Assembly: GCA_000934665.2 (NCBI GenBank)
Contig: JYFJ02002099.1
Coordinates: 1-64,000, forward strand
From: Catajapyx aquilonaris
Taxonomy: Eukaryota
Length of the DNA: 64,000 bases
Direction: 5' to 3'
The position numbers and the translations under genes are program-made. How positions within the stretch are numbered: position 1 is the first letter of the stretch; every line of letters starts with the position of its first letter. This document shows, piece after piece, positions 41,223 through 53,760 of this stretch. The notes under the pieces are model-generated. The model made no database searches. It saw only the letters and a list, made by a program, of their open reading frames with translations, and was not told the origin of the DNA.

Positions 41223-44200
41223 CCAGGCTGTACAACTGCCGGACACACAGCTTTTAGTTACACCCTGTATTAGCCCTATTAGTTGAAGCTACATGTAATA
41301 AAGGCACATTTTTCGATACCGCGCGTTTCATTGTCCCATTTTTTTTGCGACAAACATTGCAGCTTGGGTGATGCAACTTTTTTTTACCGAGTCTTTTCAC
41401 GACATGGCCTCTGTATCGTGCCTCCTAAATTGGGCAGCAACAGCATGAATTTTCACCTTATTAAGTTCCCAAAACTGTGACACGCAATCTACCAAAATAT
41501 TATGCCACAGGCGCGTTTGTGCCAGCTCATGGACATCCACTGGAAGGGCTTCATGGTCGGGCTGTTTTAATTAGCTTAGTGGTCCTTTTTCTACGTGATG
41601 CAGTCACAAGTGCCTTTTCAACTTTTTTTTTTTTACCCATCCACACATGACATTACGAGCGCCCGATAATAATGGAGTAAAATTCCATGATAAGGTTTAG
41701 TTTTCTGTGAAACACCGGACTTTTGTAAGGATTCGCACCAATTCATGTATATGGCTGCTCTCTATTAAATAGCGTTCAGCAAAATTATTTTCCGAGCCTA
41801 TATTGCAAAATTGCGCAGGTTTGCGTGCTGTTCCAGCCACTAATAAAGTCAGTTACAGTAGCTTATCAATCAATAATAAGCACATAATTACACCGACGTC
41901 TAGATGACGTTAGATTGTACTCCAGTGATGCTTAATGTTGACGTTGATACAACTTTGCATGGGAAGGGCAGGCAGGTGAATTGGCTAAAAAAACGCAAGA
42001 TTGAGAGCATGGTTGATGAAACGCACTCACGTAAAGTACAGTCACGAGCAGAAATCTTTTTTTGTCCTAGTACCGTTAAGACTTCCAATCAGTAAGTACA
42101 CATAATTTCGCGCACAACGCTGCAATTAGGTCGTGCAATATATTTTTTTTATCCAGCCCCTACCGTCCTTTCCGCATAACAAATTTATGGGCCAGCGATT
42201 TGCCAAGCAGAGTTGGCAAAGGGAGCAAAGTTGGTAATTCGCAATCAGCAAATAGAGCGACGCGGGAGGCTACCATTTAAAACCAACAGCAATCTGAATT
42301 TGACTGGTAATTACTTGGGTAAAAATTATTAAAATGCAGCGAGAAAGTATAATGCAAGTTGGCCCCTTCCAAAAAACTTATCCGACCCTAGCATCAGGGG
42401 CCAAAAGCGGCACCGAGGTAACAACCAAAACACAACTTTGTTTAATAACGCTATGTAAACAGTTCGGTATTTTACTGCGGGTAATTGCGTGGACGAACCG
42501 TGAGTTTTAATTGGTCGCAAAAACCAACTTGCATTGTCCCGAAAGAGTTTAATGATTGCCCTGCCACATTGAAGTTGATGTCCATAATCCATTTCAACCG
42601 TACCTAGTTAGCTTCGGTTAGCTGATCACGCGCGGGGGATATTCCAACGCTATATTCTACACAAGCATGGGAAAGTTACGACCAAGGGTATCCCCGACAT
42701 TCGGACATTGGCAGGGGGGGAGAGGGAGGAGCAATTGATTGACTTTTTATCTCGCCAATTCCCAGTCGTTAACGGCTTTTCTATGGTTCAAGTCACGTAC
42801 CGGCTTCTGAGCTGGTTCACAGCCAGTTCACAATAGAGAGACAGCAGTGAACTGGCTATGAAATTGTGTATCGCCATATTTAGAACTTACGTCCTCAACG
42901 TGACCGAAAACGTGAAAGTACCACATTGTGCGCATGCGCACAATGTGGTGGTGGTGGGAGTCTAGTTTCAATCATGCGCAGGACTGAGTCGATATATCGA
43001 TATTCCTCATTCGATATTTTCGGCAAATTCGTATCCAGTATCGATTTACGATGGCAATTGAAAAGTGTAGCCAAAATGGCTACACTTTTCAAACTGTACG
43101 ATTTTCGATATATTCCATGCCACACGATATTCGATATGAAAATTCCGATGAACTTATGCTTGAGAGCAGACGCTTTAGAGAGTGCAGAGATGTTGATCAA
43201 TATCGAGGCTATAAGCTCCATCGCTGGCAACACCCAGGCGGTAACTAAAATCACTGCCGATGCAAGACCTGCCCGCAGTTGACAAAACATCGAGGCCCGA
43301 ATTTTATTACGTCCCGTACGTGCGGATGACACAAAATCCGCGTCGTGCAATTTTTATGCCTTTCTCAACCTCAGTCCCTGAACACAATCCACTGACATAA
43401 ACAGAAGTTGTCGCCATCACGTCAACACCAAAACCACAGCACAATTTTTTTGTATGTATTTTATCCCAACGTTGTAACACAACGTCGTTATTTGTCTAAC
43501 GGCCTTTAAAAAGTAGAGGGATTCGACGCCTGAATTTAAATCAGATTACAAAATTGATTTAGAGAGTCACTGAACTGTCGAACTTTCAACACCATCGAAA
43601 TTTTTAGTTACGTCAAATACACGATGGGAAAAAACCGGCCTAACCGAATGTAAAACTGTTTAATAGCATGTAAATGCCGCTGGTATGGTCCATGCACGTA
43701 CACAGAAGGATTACCACACGAGCTAATCGTCGGTAATGAAATATTTTCTCTTTTTTTCCCCGCCCTCCCCCCACCCCTCCAGCCTCTTCCTTTGAATTCA
43801 ATCGCCAATAAAAAAGTATGGACCTGAATATTTCATGCGGCATGCGAGGCCCAGATGAAAATTGATTCAAGCATGGTTTTCCTAATTGTCCTCTCCGGTA
43901 TCGTACCGGTACCTGCAAAAACCCACACCCCCGAAAACTTCCAAGCAAATGAGGGTAACAGCTGATCATTTGGACATGACAGCTGCTGTAGTCAGCCATC
44001 ATAAATTTTACTGCCGCATTTATCTTCCTCCAACACGAATTTTGACTACACGTACCGGTGGGCTATAGCACTCAAAATCTCTGCTTGAAGTCCTCTCGAA
44101 AATTCCTATATCCGGAGAATATATCCTGCGGTATATGGATCCGATCCGAATCGATCATTTTTATATAATCTGTCAGATTCTGTGTACCCTCAATCAAGAG

Positions 44201-44290
44201 ACACAAATTACGTTGATGATCACAAGATTCCATGCAAACTGTGTTCCTGGATCGATAGACCCATCCCTAGGGTAGACGGTAGAGAGAGAT

Positions 44291-44294
<4 letters not shown>

Positions 44295-44337
<43 letters not shown>
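44295..44337. repeat. (AG)n microsatellite
   Basis: About 21 perfect AG units; it explains the poly-ER and poly-LS ORFs. Confidence 0.97.
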
Positions 44338-44339
<2 letters not shown>

Positions 44340-45496
44340 TAAACCCGAACGAACAGGGGGTTCTATGCATGCCCTCCAACCATGTAACTTGGGTTTTTCT
44401 CTTTTTCAGATAATTATTTTCAGTTCAGGCTCATTAACGAGTCATTGGGTACTTCCTGTGATATCCAGTGTCTCTCTCTCTACCGTACGTTTTTTAAAAA
44501 AATGTTCGCTCAATTGCTACATTTTTGGACAAATTGATTTCCGTTTTCAGTGCATGGTGTACTTAGGTGTTTTATGGAGGCAAAAGTTTTGATTTTGACA
44601 AATGTACATCGCCGTTGTAACAGAGAGGCTCAGCATTTCGGCACATAAAACACAGCGGCAATGTTTTTTTTCTCGCCCAAATGGTTGAAGACAGCAGCAA
44701 ACCTAGGACTGTAAATTTTAAATATTCCTCACGGGACAATTCACACTGCAGATGTAGGCCTATTCGGAAATAAATCTTTGTTGGAACGAATCTGCTGAAC
44801 CGTAAACAATTCCCTCTTTTGCATTGCACTGTACACGTTCAGTTTAGTAACACATTGTACTTTGAAAAAAAAAATTGGGGCAAGGTCCCATAAAATTATT
44901 TTAGTTACTAATTGGACAACACTCGATTTAAAAAAGTCGTCCAATTAACCTACAGCGCAAATGCATTTTAATCCCACCCTATGTTGAGAGCAAGTAGCCT
45001 CGAAAAGTCATGCAAGGATTACCATAAAAAACACACATGTGTTTGGAACTAACCGTAGTGGCCCGCGGGGGTCGTTAGTTTAACTGGTGGTACTTAGGCC
45101 TCCACTAATTTATGCAAAGCATTTCTCTCCTGTCAACACATCACGCATGTGGCTAGCTCCTTTTGAGTCCAGCATGGGAAAGAGTACATGAGGTGCTTGT
45201 TGGTTTTTTTTGCCCAACCTATTATAGCCACAGAAGCGAAGAGCAAAGTTGGAATACTTTGGACAGGGGCCTCTGTAACGAGGAATGTTGTTTGGCAGTA
45301 ATCTCCCTGGGCAAAGTTCACAACAGCGGTGTACTTTGAGAATGTGAATGCAGGGGGCTCATAAGCTTGTAAATGCTTAATCCATTAATATTTTACGCCT
45401 TCTCAGATAATCCGCTAAAAGCCTGTGGGAATTTCCCTCGTTCCAGCCCCGCTAATGACGCTTGATGACGCTTCTATTTTTTTGGGTCTTCCATAG

Positions 45497-45851
45497 GGAT
45501 GCTGTTCCATCGGGCAGCTCTCATGTCCGGTTCGTCCCTCAGCCCCTGGGCACTGGTCCGGGAGCCGACACCGGCTGCCCTGCAAGTGGCAAGGACCGCC
45601 AACTGCTCCCCGGCTTCGCCCCCGGGCGAACTGCTCAGCTGCCTCAGAGAGAGGCCCCTGGCTGCCCTTTTGGCCGCCTTTCCTTCTACCGGTGACCCTT
45701 TGCCCTCTCCTGCTTTTGGACCTTCCATCGACGGTGTGGTAGTTGATGAGGGGGCATCAGACGCTGCTGGATCCCTAGCACCGCCCATGGGCAACGCAGG
45801 GGCAGGACCAGCAGGGATAGCCGCCAAGAAGATGGCGGAACAGATATCCAG
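45497..45851 (+). CDS. Nlg3: Neuroligin (Nlg3-like) internal coding exon B
   Basis: Acceptor tcttccatag ending 45496 and donor CAG|gttagt at 45852; 355 nt, phase 1-2. Joins exon A in frame (AVPQG|MLFHRAALMSGSSLSPWALV...ANC...LLSCLRERP...AFGPSIDGVVV...EQISR), with the esterase-family LFHRAxxxSGS and FGPxxDG motifs and the conserved Cys pair. Confidence 0.92.
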
Positions 45852-46319
45852 GTTAGTCACCTCCAAAAAATTGTTTCCATTACAGCTGTTATAACCGTTA
45901 TTATTAGCAAGGCACCAACTTGGACAGCCACTATATTCAAAAAAATAAATGACATCGGAGGAGGAGAATAGGGTTGTTAAGCCCAGCGGTTGTGTAATTT
46001 TCGGGCTGGAGGCGGCGCTTTACAGTCCAGGAAGTGGGTCAAATTGGCAAAAATAGCTGTATGTAATTTATGGACACCCAAAGGAAAAACTGGAGAAAAA
46101 GGACCTCCGGTTCTCTCTGTATTACACCCCACACCCACTCTCTGTTCTGGCGGAACAAAGCGGCAAAAAGGACGGCATTTTCACAGTTGTTTTCGCAGCA
46201 CTTTGAACAAACCCTGAAACAAAGCAATGTATAGGCTTCCGCCTTGAGGAAACCCTGTTGCCAAGCACCGCTTTGTCCATTTTTTTACAATTCCAACATT
46301 TGCATATTTACCTCATACC

Positions 46320-46405
46320 CCAATCAGTGCTCTAAAGTCATCACTGTATCCAATCAGTGATCTGACAGCATCACTGTGTCCAATCAGTGATCTGTACGTC
46401 ATCAC
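46320..46405. repeat. 30-bp tandem repeat x3, each unit starting CCAATCAGTG
   Basis: ccaatcagtgctctaaagtcatcactgtat / ccaatcagtgatctgacagcatcactgtgt / ccaatcagtgatctgtacgtcatcac. Confidence 0.85.
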
Positions 46406-49400
46406 CTGCTCATCCAGTCACCTCTGACGTGTTATAGAGGCAAATTCGAGCTTCTTAGCGACAGATCCATGGTACGCTGTACCGGCAAACGTCGCTGACA
46501 GTACAAACCGAGCTTAAGACCATCAATAATCGCGTCCACGAGCTAGGTCATTGATCCAGCATGCACTGGGGGGTAAAACCGTCGCAGCCTGGCAATCCAG
46601 CTATGTTTACAAATTTACCAACGGGTGCGTACAATTAGCGCCAGTTATAGGTACAGGATAATTGCAGAGTGCATCGACTGACATATGGCAGATTAAATGG
46701 TCTGGACAAGTCATGCACTTGCACAGCTCTGCAATCCTGCAAAGCCCTCGACCGAGGGGTTGGAAGGTTGGGTTAGATCGATGCTTCCTTTTGTCGTCAC
46801 CAAACCGGCGCATTATCCGGACGGCTTAGGTGCCGCAATTTACATGTGTCACGTGGATTGCTGTGGGTGCCCATATGTACCGACCGTTTATTCCACGGGG
46901 CCTATACACACTACCCGCTCTGCCAGATTATAGACAGCGCCGCACTTGATTGAAAATGGGGCAGGAACGATGGTCTGGTGGTCACACGCCGCGAACCATC
47001 AGCGTTCTACCCGACCACTCATGCAGTCAAGTCCGCTGATTATCAGAGCTCACCAAGAGCGCAGCCAACCAGCCCATGATACCCTAAATATAGAGCAAGT
47101 AAATAAATGGCCCCAAAATATGGAAAAAAGCGGGTAATGAAGACAAGGTGCTGTAAGACATTAAGCGAAAAAAGTTCGTTATTGATATTTATGTTCGTGG
47201 GATGAAATTCGTACCATGCAAAATTGTGTGATTATCGAGCATGTTGAGGTTTTCAATTGAAGTGCAAGGGAAAACAAGCTATATGCTGCAGGTAAATTGC
47301 AATCACCGTTTGTTATGGCCTCCAGCAGAAACACCTCGGTTAATTAGAGTCCCGTTCAGAACACACAAGAATAACTCACAATTACAAACAGCCAGTCGAT
47401 GTAGAATTGGGAAAAAAGCAGTGGTAATTATGACAGACTATGTAAGAAAAACAGTCATTAAAATATCGGTTTTTAAATAATTACTTGTGATCCGCCCCAG
47501 CATTGAAATGTAGATTTGAGTACAGTGCCGCTGTACCTGAAAAGACGGCGAATAATTAATTAAACTATACACGCAAAATCTCTTTGCATAAGGCACTTTT
47601 TCATTAAAACCTGCTCTTCTCCTGAAAGCTAACATTTACTTCTGCTGCTCCATGAAATATGAAATTCCCTCCGTGAAAAATAACACCGAAACGAAAACTT
47701 TTCAAGCTATCTCTATAATCATCTCAAATAGATCGGTACACTCCCGTTCAAGAAAATACGACTATCAGTTTACCCCCTGTCCGCCCCACTTCCCAACCCC
47801 ATTTTACTGATGGGATGAAGGGGAGGGGATCCTCTATGAACGTTTTGACACTTGTTGACGGGTGTATCCGAGCTTGAATATTTACGACGAAATTTTTTTT
47901 TAGGACTTGACACCTGTCAATGAATTTTACTGCCAGTTTTTTTTTGGGGGGGAGGGGGGTTTCTATCCTAGTTCCTTCTTCCCCATGAGCCGATGCGTTT
48001 ATAGCATCTTTGCTGCTGCTTCTAGAGGGAAAGACTCCTTTCTACAGCTTACACCCGAGGGAAATAGCACCGAATGTTTACTCGACACAGGACTGCAGCA
48101 ACTTAATGCACAAACACCGCTTTATAGTGGGAATAAACGGTGCATCTTTATAGCGGAAGGAACACCTACCCCCCCCCCCCTCCCCAGCATCATCTCCTCA
48201 AAGAATCCCCCGTCGAGGTTTTATTAGATTTTCACCATCAAGTCTTCTTTTGTGATGATGCTGCCAGGGTTAAACTTCCACTCAAAGTATTTCTGCAATA
48301 TCATATAACCTTAATTCCATACTAATTAAATGGGATCAACAGGTTGGGCACTGTCCTGGGGTAATTATACGAGCAATCATGTGCTAGGGTAACACTTTAA
48401 TGTGCGAATCACCTTTTGTCTTGTACAGTACATTATCCAACAAGTGTGAAACTAGTGTTTTGAAGTCGTTCACTTTTAGTTAAAGTGATTTTTTTAAGCA
48501 TATGTCCTAAGAGTTTATTACAGAAGATCATGAATAAGGAATATGATCCATTTCCACCATTAAGGGATAAACCCGTTGCATAAGCCCTTCAATTTTTCTG
48601 GCCTATAAAATCGTGCGAATGTGTAAATTTTAATGCATCGAAAGTACCATGGATTTCAGCTTAAGCAAGAGTATGCAGAAAATGCGGCCTATTTTTTTCT
48701 GAAAAAAAATCGATGTTGGAGTGCCCTTAGGACACTCATCGATTCAATTAAGGTAGGCATTAGCAGAATGCTCCGGAGAATTTTTACACCAGGTAGTAGC
48801 CCCGAACCCATGCATTATGTTCAGTTTTAAATTATTTTTTTTTAAAAAAAGATAAAGAGTATGCTACTAAATCGCGACTAACGTTTTGAGAGAATGGTAT
48901 GGATGACACTAATCCATACTTTAAAAGGTGCATCTATAGTAAATGGGTTTTCGAGAGTAGGAGTGCTATGGATTCATCAATTTGGGGCACGCTATACTGC
49001 TGGCCCGCGAAATAACTTAGTTAAAATATCCTGAACACAAACTCGACCGTTATGATTCTTCATCCGTGCAAACTTATTTCCCAGAAGAACAGTTCTGCTG
49101 TGTAGCCTGGTGTATGTAGGAAATCCCATAAACTACTTAATTCGGGAATTAAAAGGAGTTCGGAATGCAAATAAAAATAAAAATAAAATAAGCGGGGAGG
49201 TTTACCAACCCACCCAAAAAACTTAATCTGCTTATGATATCACGTGACAGTGCAAATATTTCCTTCTGGTTGTTAAATGAAGTCCTGCGAAGTTAATGTT
49301 GGCTGCTGCAGTAGAAACTAGTGTTTTGCTCAACTTCAGCATGCGGTCTTGCGGAAACCTAAACTTTTGCGACTTGTACTAAAACCACGCTAGATGTTTA

Positions 49401-49744
49401 AGTTTGTACCTGCTTCGTGTTCGCTATATTATTAAAGAAAAGTCATTTAAAAAAAAGTTGCATGAAAATTATACAGCAGCGGATAACCCTTCCAAACTAT
49501 ACCAAGTGTGGAACAAGAAAATAGTTTAAGCAAGAATCCAATAGGAAAATTTTGCTCCTGATCCATAATTTCATGAATCTATAATATTAAAATCATAATC
49601 ATGTAGTATGCCTTCTGATTGGTCCGCCGTAGTGTCACCGCGACGCTCCCGATTGGCCCCCGTTCTGCGTAAGTGTAATGGGGATGGAAGCAGCGCCTCT
49701 GGTGGGTGGGTTCGCTGTCGGTCGGAAGGTATACATTGCTCCCT

Positions 49745-49788
49745 CCCCACCCCCGCAACCAGTGAGCGAAGCGAGGGTTATTCTAGCT
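49745..49788 (+). mobile_element. Possible Helitron-like 3' terminus
   Basis: ...agtgagcgaagcgagggttattCTAG resembles the GCGAAGC-hairpin plus CTAG ends of insect Helitron derivatives. No 5' end identified. Confidence 0.3.
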
Positions 49789-51714
49789 AATTATAAAGTT
49801 CAAATTGATATATAGTGTTTATCACCTTAACCAGCGCTCAGTGATAAACAAATATTTAATATCACTGATATGATGATCTCACTCTTGCAGCGATTACACC
49901 AAAAATTTTACACCTCCCTTTTATTACATTTATCCAAATATTAAATCGTGCCAAACGCTCATTTTGCATCAAAATGCGCCAATAAATTAAAATTCCCCAA
50001 AAATTCAGTCGCGCGGCGTCAGCATGGATAAATTTTGCCCATGGCAATACCAATGCAAAACAGGCACCCACCGAAAGTACATCGCGATATCGATGCGTGA
50101 CTTTTCCGACACCCGGCATAATCGAAAGCATTGGCAAACGAGGCGAAGTATACAAATGGAGAGAGGCCGGAGGGAATTTGCTTCTGCCGACTGCTGTTTA
50201 TCGAAACGACGTAGTCAGCAGTGACGGAAAGAGGAAACTATAATAATTGCTCTTGGAATGCGAGGGCAATATCATTTAGAAACGCAAATAGCGCACTAAT
50301 CAATGCACAAACTTGAATTGTTTGCCGTGCTTTAATTCTGGCAGAGCTTTCTGGTGTGTAGATAACCCCCTCGAATTCAAATCCGCGTTTGACAAACACA
50401 CAATCGATAACAATGGTAGCCTACATTGGTGGGTGATGCATGCATATAGCCCCCCAAAACCAGGGCCCGAGTAAAACCCCGGGCTCGGTGTGGCATCGGT
50501 CGAACTTTGCAAGGGAGGGTTTATAATGGCAGGTCCCTGTGATAAAAACATGGAAACAATACTATAAAGCAATAATGTGGACGGCCAGAAACCGTGAAAA
50601 CGTGGACAATCGCTTCCGAAATGCCTGTTGAAAGAAGCGGGGCGAGGCGATTATATCGACAAACCGAACTAAATGTTCAGGAAAATTTACTTGCACCATT
50701 TTGCTAATGGTAGTGCTCCAAGTGTCTCCAACATGACGAACTTTAATTGGTTCTACTTCCCCAGCGGATGTTCTCTGGACCAGGTGGTTGTACAAGTCAC
50801 GGCGACGCTGCTCTTCATTAGTCGAAGTTTGTTTGTGGTGAACCCAAATGAAAGTCTGTCAGACACGTGTTCCTTCTGCTATTTCGAGGATTTGTCCTCC
50901 GAGTTGAGCGTGAGTTGACTTCTCGCTCACGCTTTCTGACGCACCCACGCACAGCAGCCACAGTCTCCCAGAATTGGTTACACCCCTAGAAGATTGATGC
51001 CTGCTCGAATTGCGTTGAGTCAAATTGGATGTGCGGGAAGGGCGAAATGAGAGTCAACTCGGTTTAGAAAGTGTTCAAGTCTGCTCGCTCGTCTGTGCTG
51101 AGGGCGGAACCTTGTAAAGTCGACGAGCTATCCGCTATGATCGAGTTAGGCCGAGTTGGAAACTAACATCCCGAAATGAAGGTGGGGGTGGCACAGCAGG
51201 GTTGGGTGGCACGGTGGGTGGGGATGATTTATCGAAATGTGTGAAATCCGTCACATTGGTCCCCAATTTGAAAATGGATTGTTGCGAGTGTCTAATTAGA
51301 ATAATTTCGAAGCATTGCTAAACTAATTAACAATCACTTTTTGGAGTGACAAGTTGGGGAGTTTTTTAAAATATACTGTACATAGTATAGCGATAGAGCA
51401 TGGTTAAAGCTAAGCGTAATCTTCTCTTGCTGGCTTGGTGAACTGGGACATGGGAAAATCCCAGATGCAGTGCTTTTGTGAGTCGCACGTCAATCAGCCT
51501 TCGATTCAAAACAGCTCTGGGTCAAAAGATGCTCCAACCTGCATTCACTTGTATATCGAGCTCATTTACATTTGAACTTGGCCCACCCGTGTAATCAGCA
51601 GCGGATACATTTGGACTGTGAGGTGGTGATAACCGACCACGAACAATAATCGCTTTCAATTGTCAACAATCAAGTGACGTCACCAGTTGTAGGGTATAAA
51701 GAGTCTCGAGGAAG

Positions 51715-51900
51715 AGAGTCGTCAACTTATGACGTCATGTGTAAAGCGACTCCAGCCAATTGGAGTCGACCGTGACGTCAGAGCCGGCCACTGTCTCCAT
51801 AACAGCACAAGATGGCGGCCTCCATTGGAGTCGCAAACAGTCCAAAATGACTCCAGCCAATCAGAGACGACGCGACGTGACGTCATAAGTTGACGACTCT
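51715..51900. mobile_element. MITE family 1 copy
   Basis: Perfect 23-bp TIR AGAGTCGTCAACTTATGACGTCA (51715-51737) and TGACGTCATAAGTTGACGACTCT (51878-51900). The interior matches the reverse complement of about 3570-3680. Confidence 0.8.
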
Positions 51901-51902
51901 TA

Positions 51903-52236
51903 CTATAGCCCGTTAAGCGAAAGAACGATATGACGTCACGTTCAGCCCCACCTCCACCCGTCTCTCACCTCTAATCATGTTCCCGAATCGTGCTGCAAGA
52001 ATTCTACTGCGCATGCCCATAAACACGGCTGGTGTGACGTCAGATCAGTTATTTCGCTTCAAGGACTGTACAGTCCGTTAAACGAAAGAACGATTTGACG
52101 TCACACCGGCCGTGTTTTCTGAGCATGCGCAGTAGTATGCTTTCAGAGAGATTCGTAGACGTGATTGGAGGGGAGAGACGGGGTGGAGGCGGGGCTGAAC
52201 GTGACGTCAGACGTTCTTTCGTGTAACGGACTGTAG
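51903..52236. mobile_element. Inverted dimer of MITE family 2
   Basis: Two ~165-bp units in inverted orientation meet at ggactgTAcagtcc (about 52063-52076). Each unit is bounded by the TIR-like ACAGTCCGTTAA.CGAAAGAACGAT.TGACGTCA. Confidence 0.75.
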
Positions 52237-52462
52237 AGCCTGTTTATGCAGGTATATCAGAGGCGTAACGCATAACATAGTGTGATGAGTTATATAGTGT
52301 ATATAGACAAACGTATGTGGTATTAGTTAATTAAATGTGTGTAATTAGGTGGGCTATTGGCACTGTTAATTTCGGGCGTATCTATATCACTTATGCGGTG
52401 TTTTGGCGAATTGGTTGAGGGCACGGTTGAGGGATTCAATGAATGATTCTTTTCCTTTCCAG

Positions 52463-52966
52463 GTACGACCTCCTGTTCGGCGTGGTACGTTCAGAAGCCT
52501 ACTTCGCCCTGTCCGCCGAAGACGAGCAGTTCGGTTTCGAAGCGGAACGTCGCGCTCGTCTTCTCCGCGCGTTCGTTCGTCGCGCCTACCGCTTCCACCG
52601 AGCCGAAATCCTGGCCACGGTGGTGAACGAATACACCGACTGGGAGCGTCCTGTGCAGCACCCTGTCTCAATCCGAGACGAGACACTGGAGGCGCTGGCC
52701 GATGCCCAGTTCGTAGCACCCTTGGTCCGCACAGGAGATCTTCACTCCGCAATGAGACCATCATCCTACTTCTACGTCTTCGACTACCAGACCAAGTTCG
52801 GCGACTATCCTCCTCGGTCCGGGTGCGTTCATGGAGAGGAGCTGCCCTACATATTCGGAGCCCCTCTGGCACCAAGGCTAGGGGCTTTTCCTAGGAACTT
52901 CACCAAGGCTGAGGTTGCCCTGGCTGAAGCCTCCATGCTTTACTGGGCCAACTTTGCTCGATCCGG
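52463..52966 (+). CDS. Nlg3: Neuroligin (Nlg3-like) internal coding exon C
   Basis: Acceptor ttcttttcctttccag ending 52462 and donor GG|gtaagc at 52967; 504 nt, phase 2-2. Encodes (R)YDLLFGVVRSEAYF...NEYTDWERPVQHPVSIRDETLEALADAQFVAP...YFYVFDYQTKFGDYP..SGCVHGEELPYIFGAPL...YWANFARSG. The YTDW, HGEELPYIFG and WxNFAxxG motifs match neuroligins; ERPVQHP matches the insect Nlg3 clade as recalled. Confidence 0.95.
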
Positions 52967-53487
52967 GTAAGCACTCTGGATTTTCGCTCACTTTTTTTTC
53001 TTTCTTTTTTTGTGTCTCTTCCTTCACTTCCCCTGCTAACTCGTAATCCGAGCCTGCTTTTGCGACTCTTATCTGTGGGGCTCACGACCGTGTAATCTGT
53101 CGTCAAAGATTGACGCTGTCGTTTCCAATTTTGCGGGTGGTGACGGATTGTCAACTTCCAACTGGGGGGATGTTGACCACATCGAGGACGGACTTTTTTG
53201 TGGGACCCACATCCAGATTTTTGCAGTCCTTTCACTTCAAAGGCTGCGTAAGCCAGGAGGTTATCGGGGATTTTCAAAGTAACACTTGTGACAGGCCGGA
53301 AATGTACATCCGCTGTCTTTTTTTGCTGAAAGGACATCAGTCAGTAAGAGAATGTTCAGGAATTTCAGGATTAAAGAAGGAATCGCAATCCCTTTGGTAG
53401 CCTGTATGGTCTTATATGTCCGAGAGATGGCTCTAGCTGGTGTGCTGATAACAAATCGATATTGCAAGGAATATACAGAAATATATA

Positions 53488-53760
53488 CAGTGTGTTAATC
53501 CTAACCGTGTCACGAGAAATGGTGGTGGTAGAGGGCGCAGGTGTGAGCATTTTTGCATAAGGAACTAGGGGTTGGAAACGCACCCTCACCGAGTTACGCT
53601 CCTTTCAAGTTTGCGGCAGGCAGTGTGCAAGAGGCGTGTGGCACGCGGCGGAATGACTGTGAGGGTGCGTTTCCGACCCCTAGTTCCTTATGCAAAAATT
53701 CTCACACCTGCGCCCTCTACCACCACCTTTTCTGGCGACACGCTTAGGATTAACACCCTG
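53488..53760. mobile_element. Tc1/mariner-type foldback MITE with ~100-bp arms
   Basis: TA|cagtgtgttaatcctaa...ggaaacgcaccctcac pairs with gtgagggtgcgtttcc...ttaggattaacaccctg|TA; TA on both sides. Confidence 0.85.

Noticed and set aside
52387..52894. Arg-rich alternative-frame and antisense ORFs over exon C (likewise 45474-45866 over exon B)
   Set aside because: Shadow ORFs of GC-rich coding exons.
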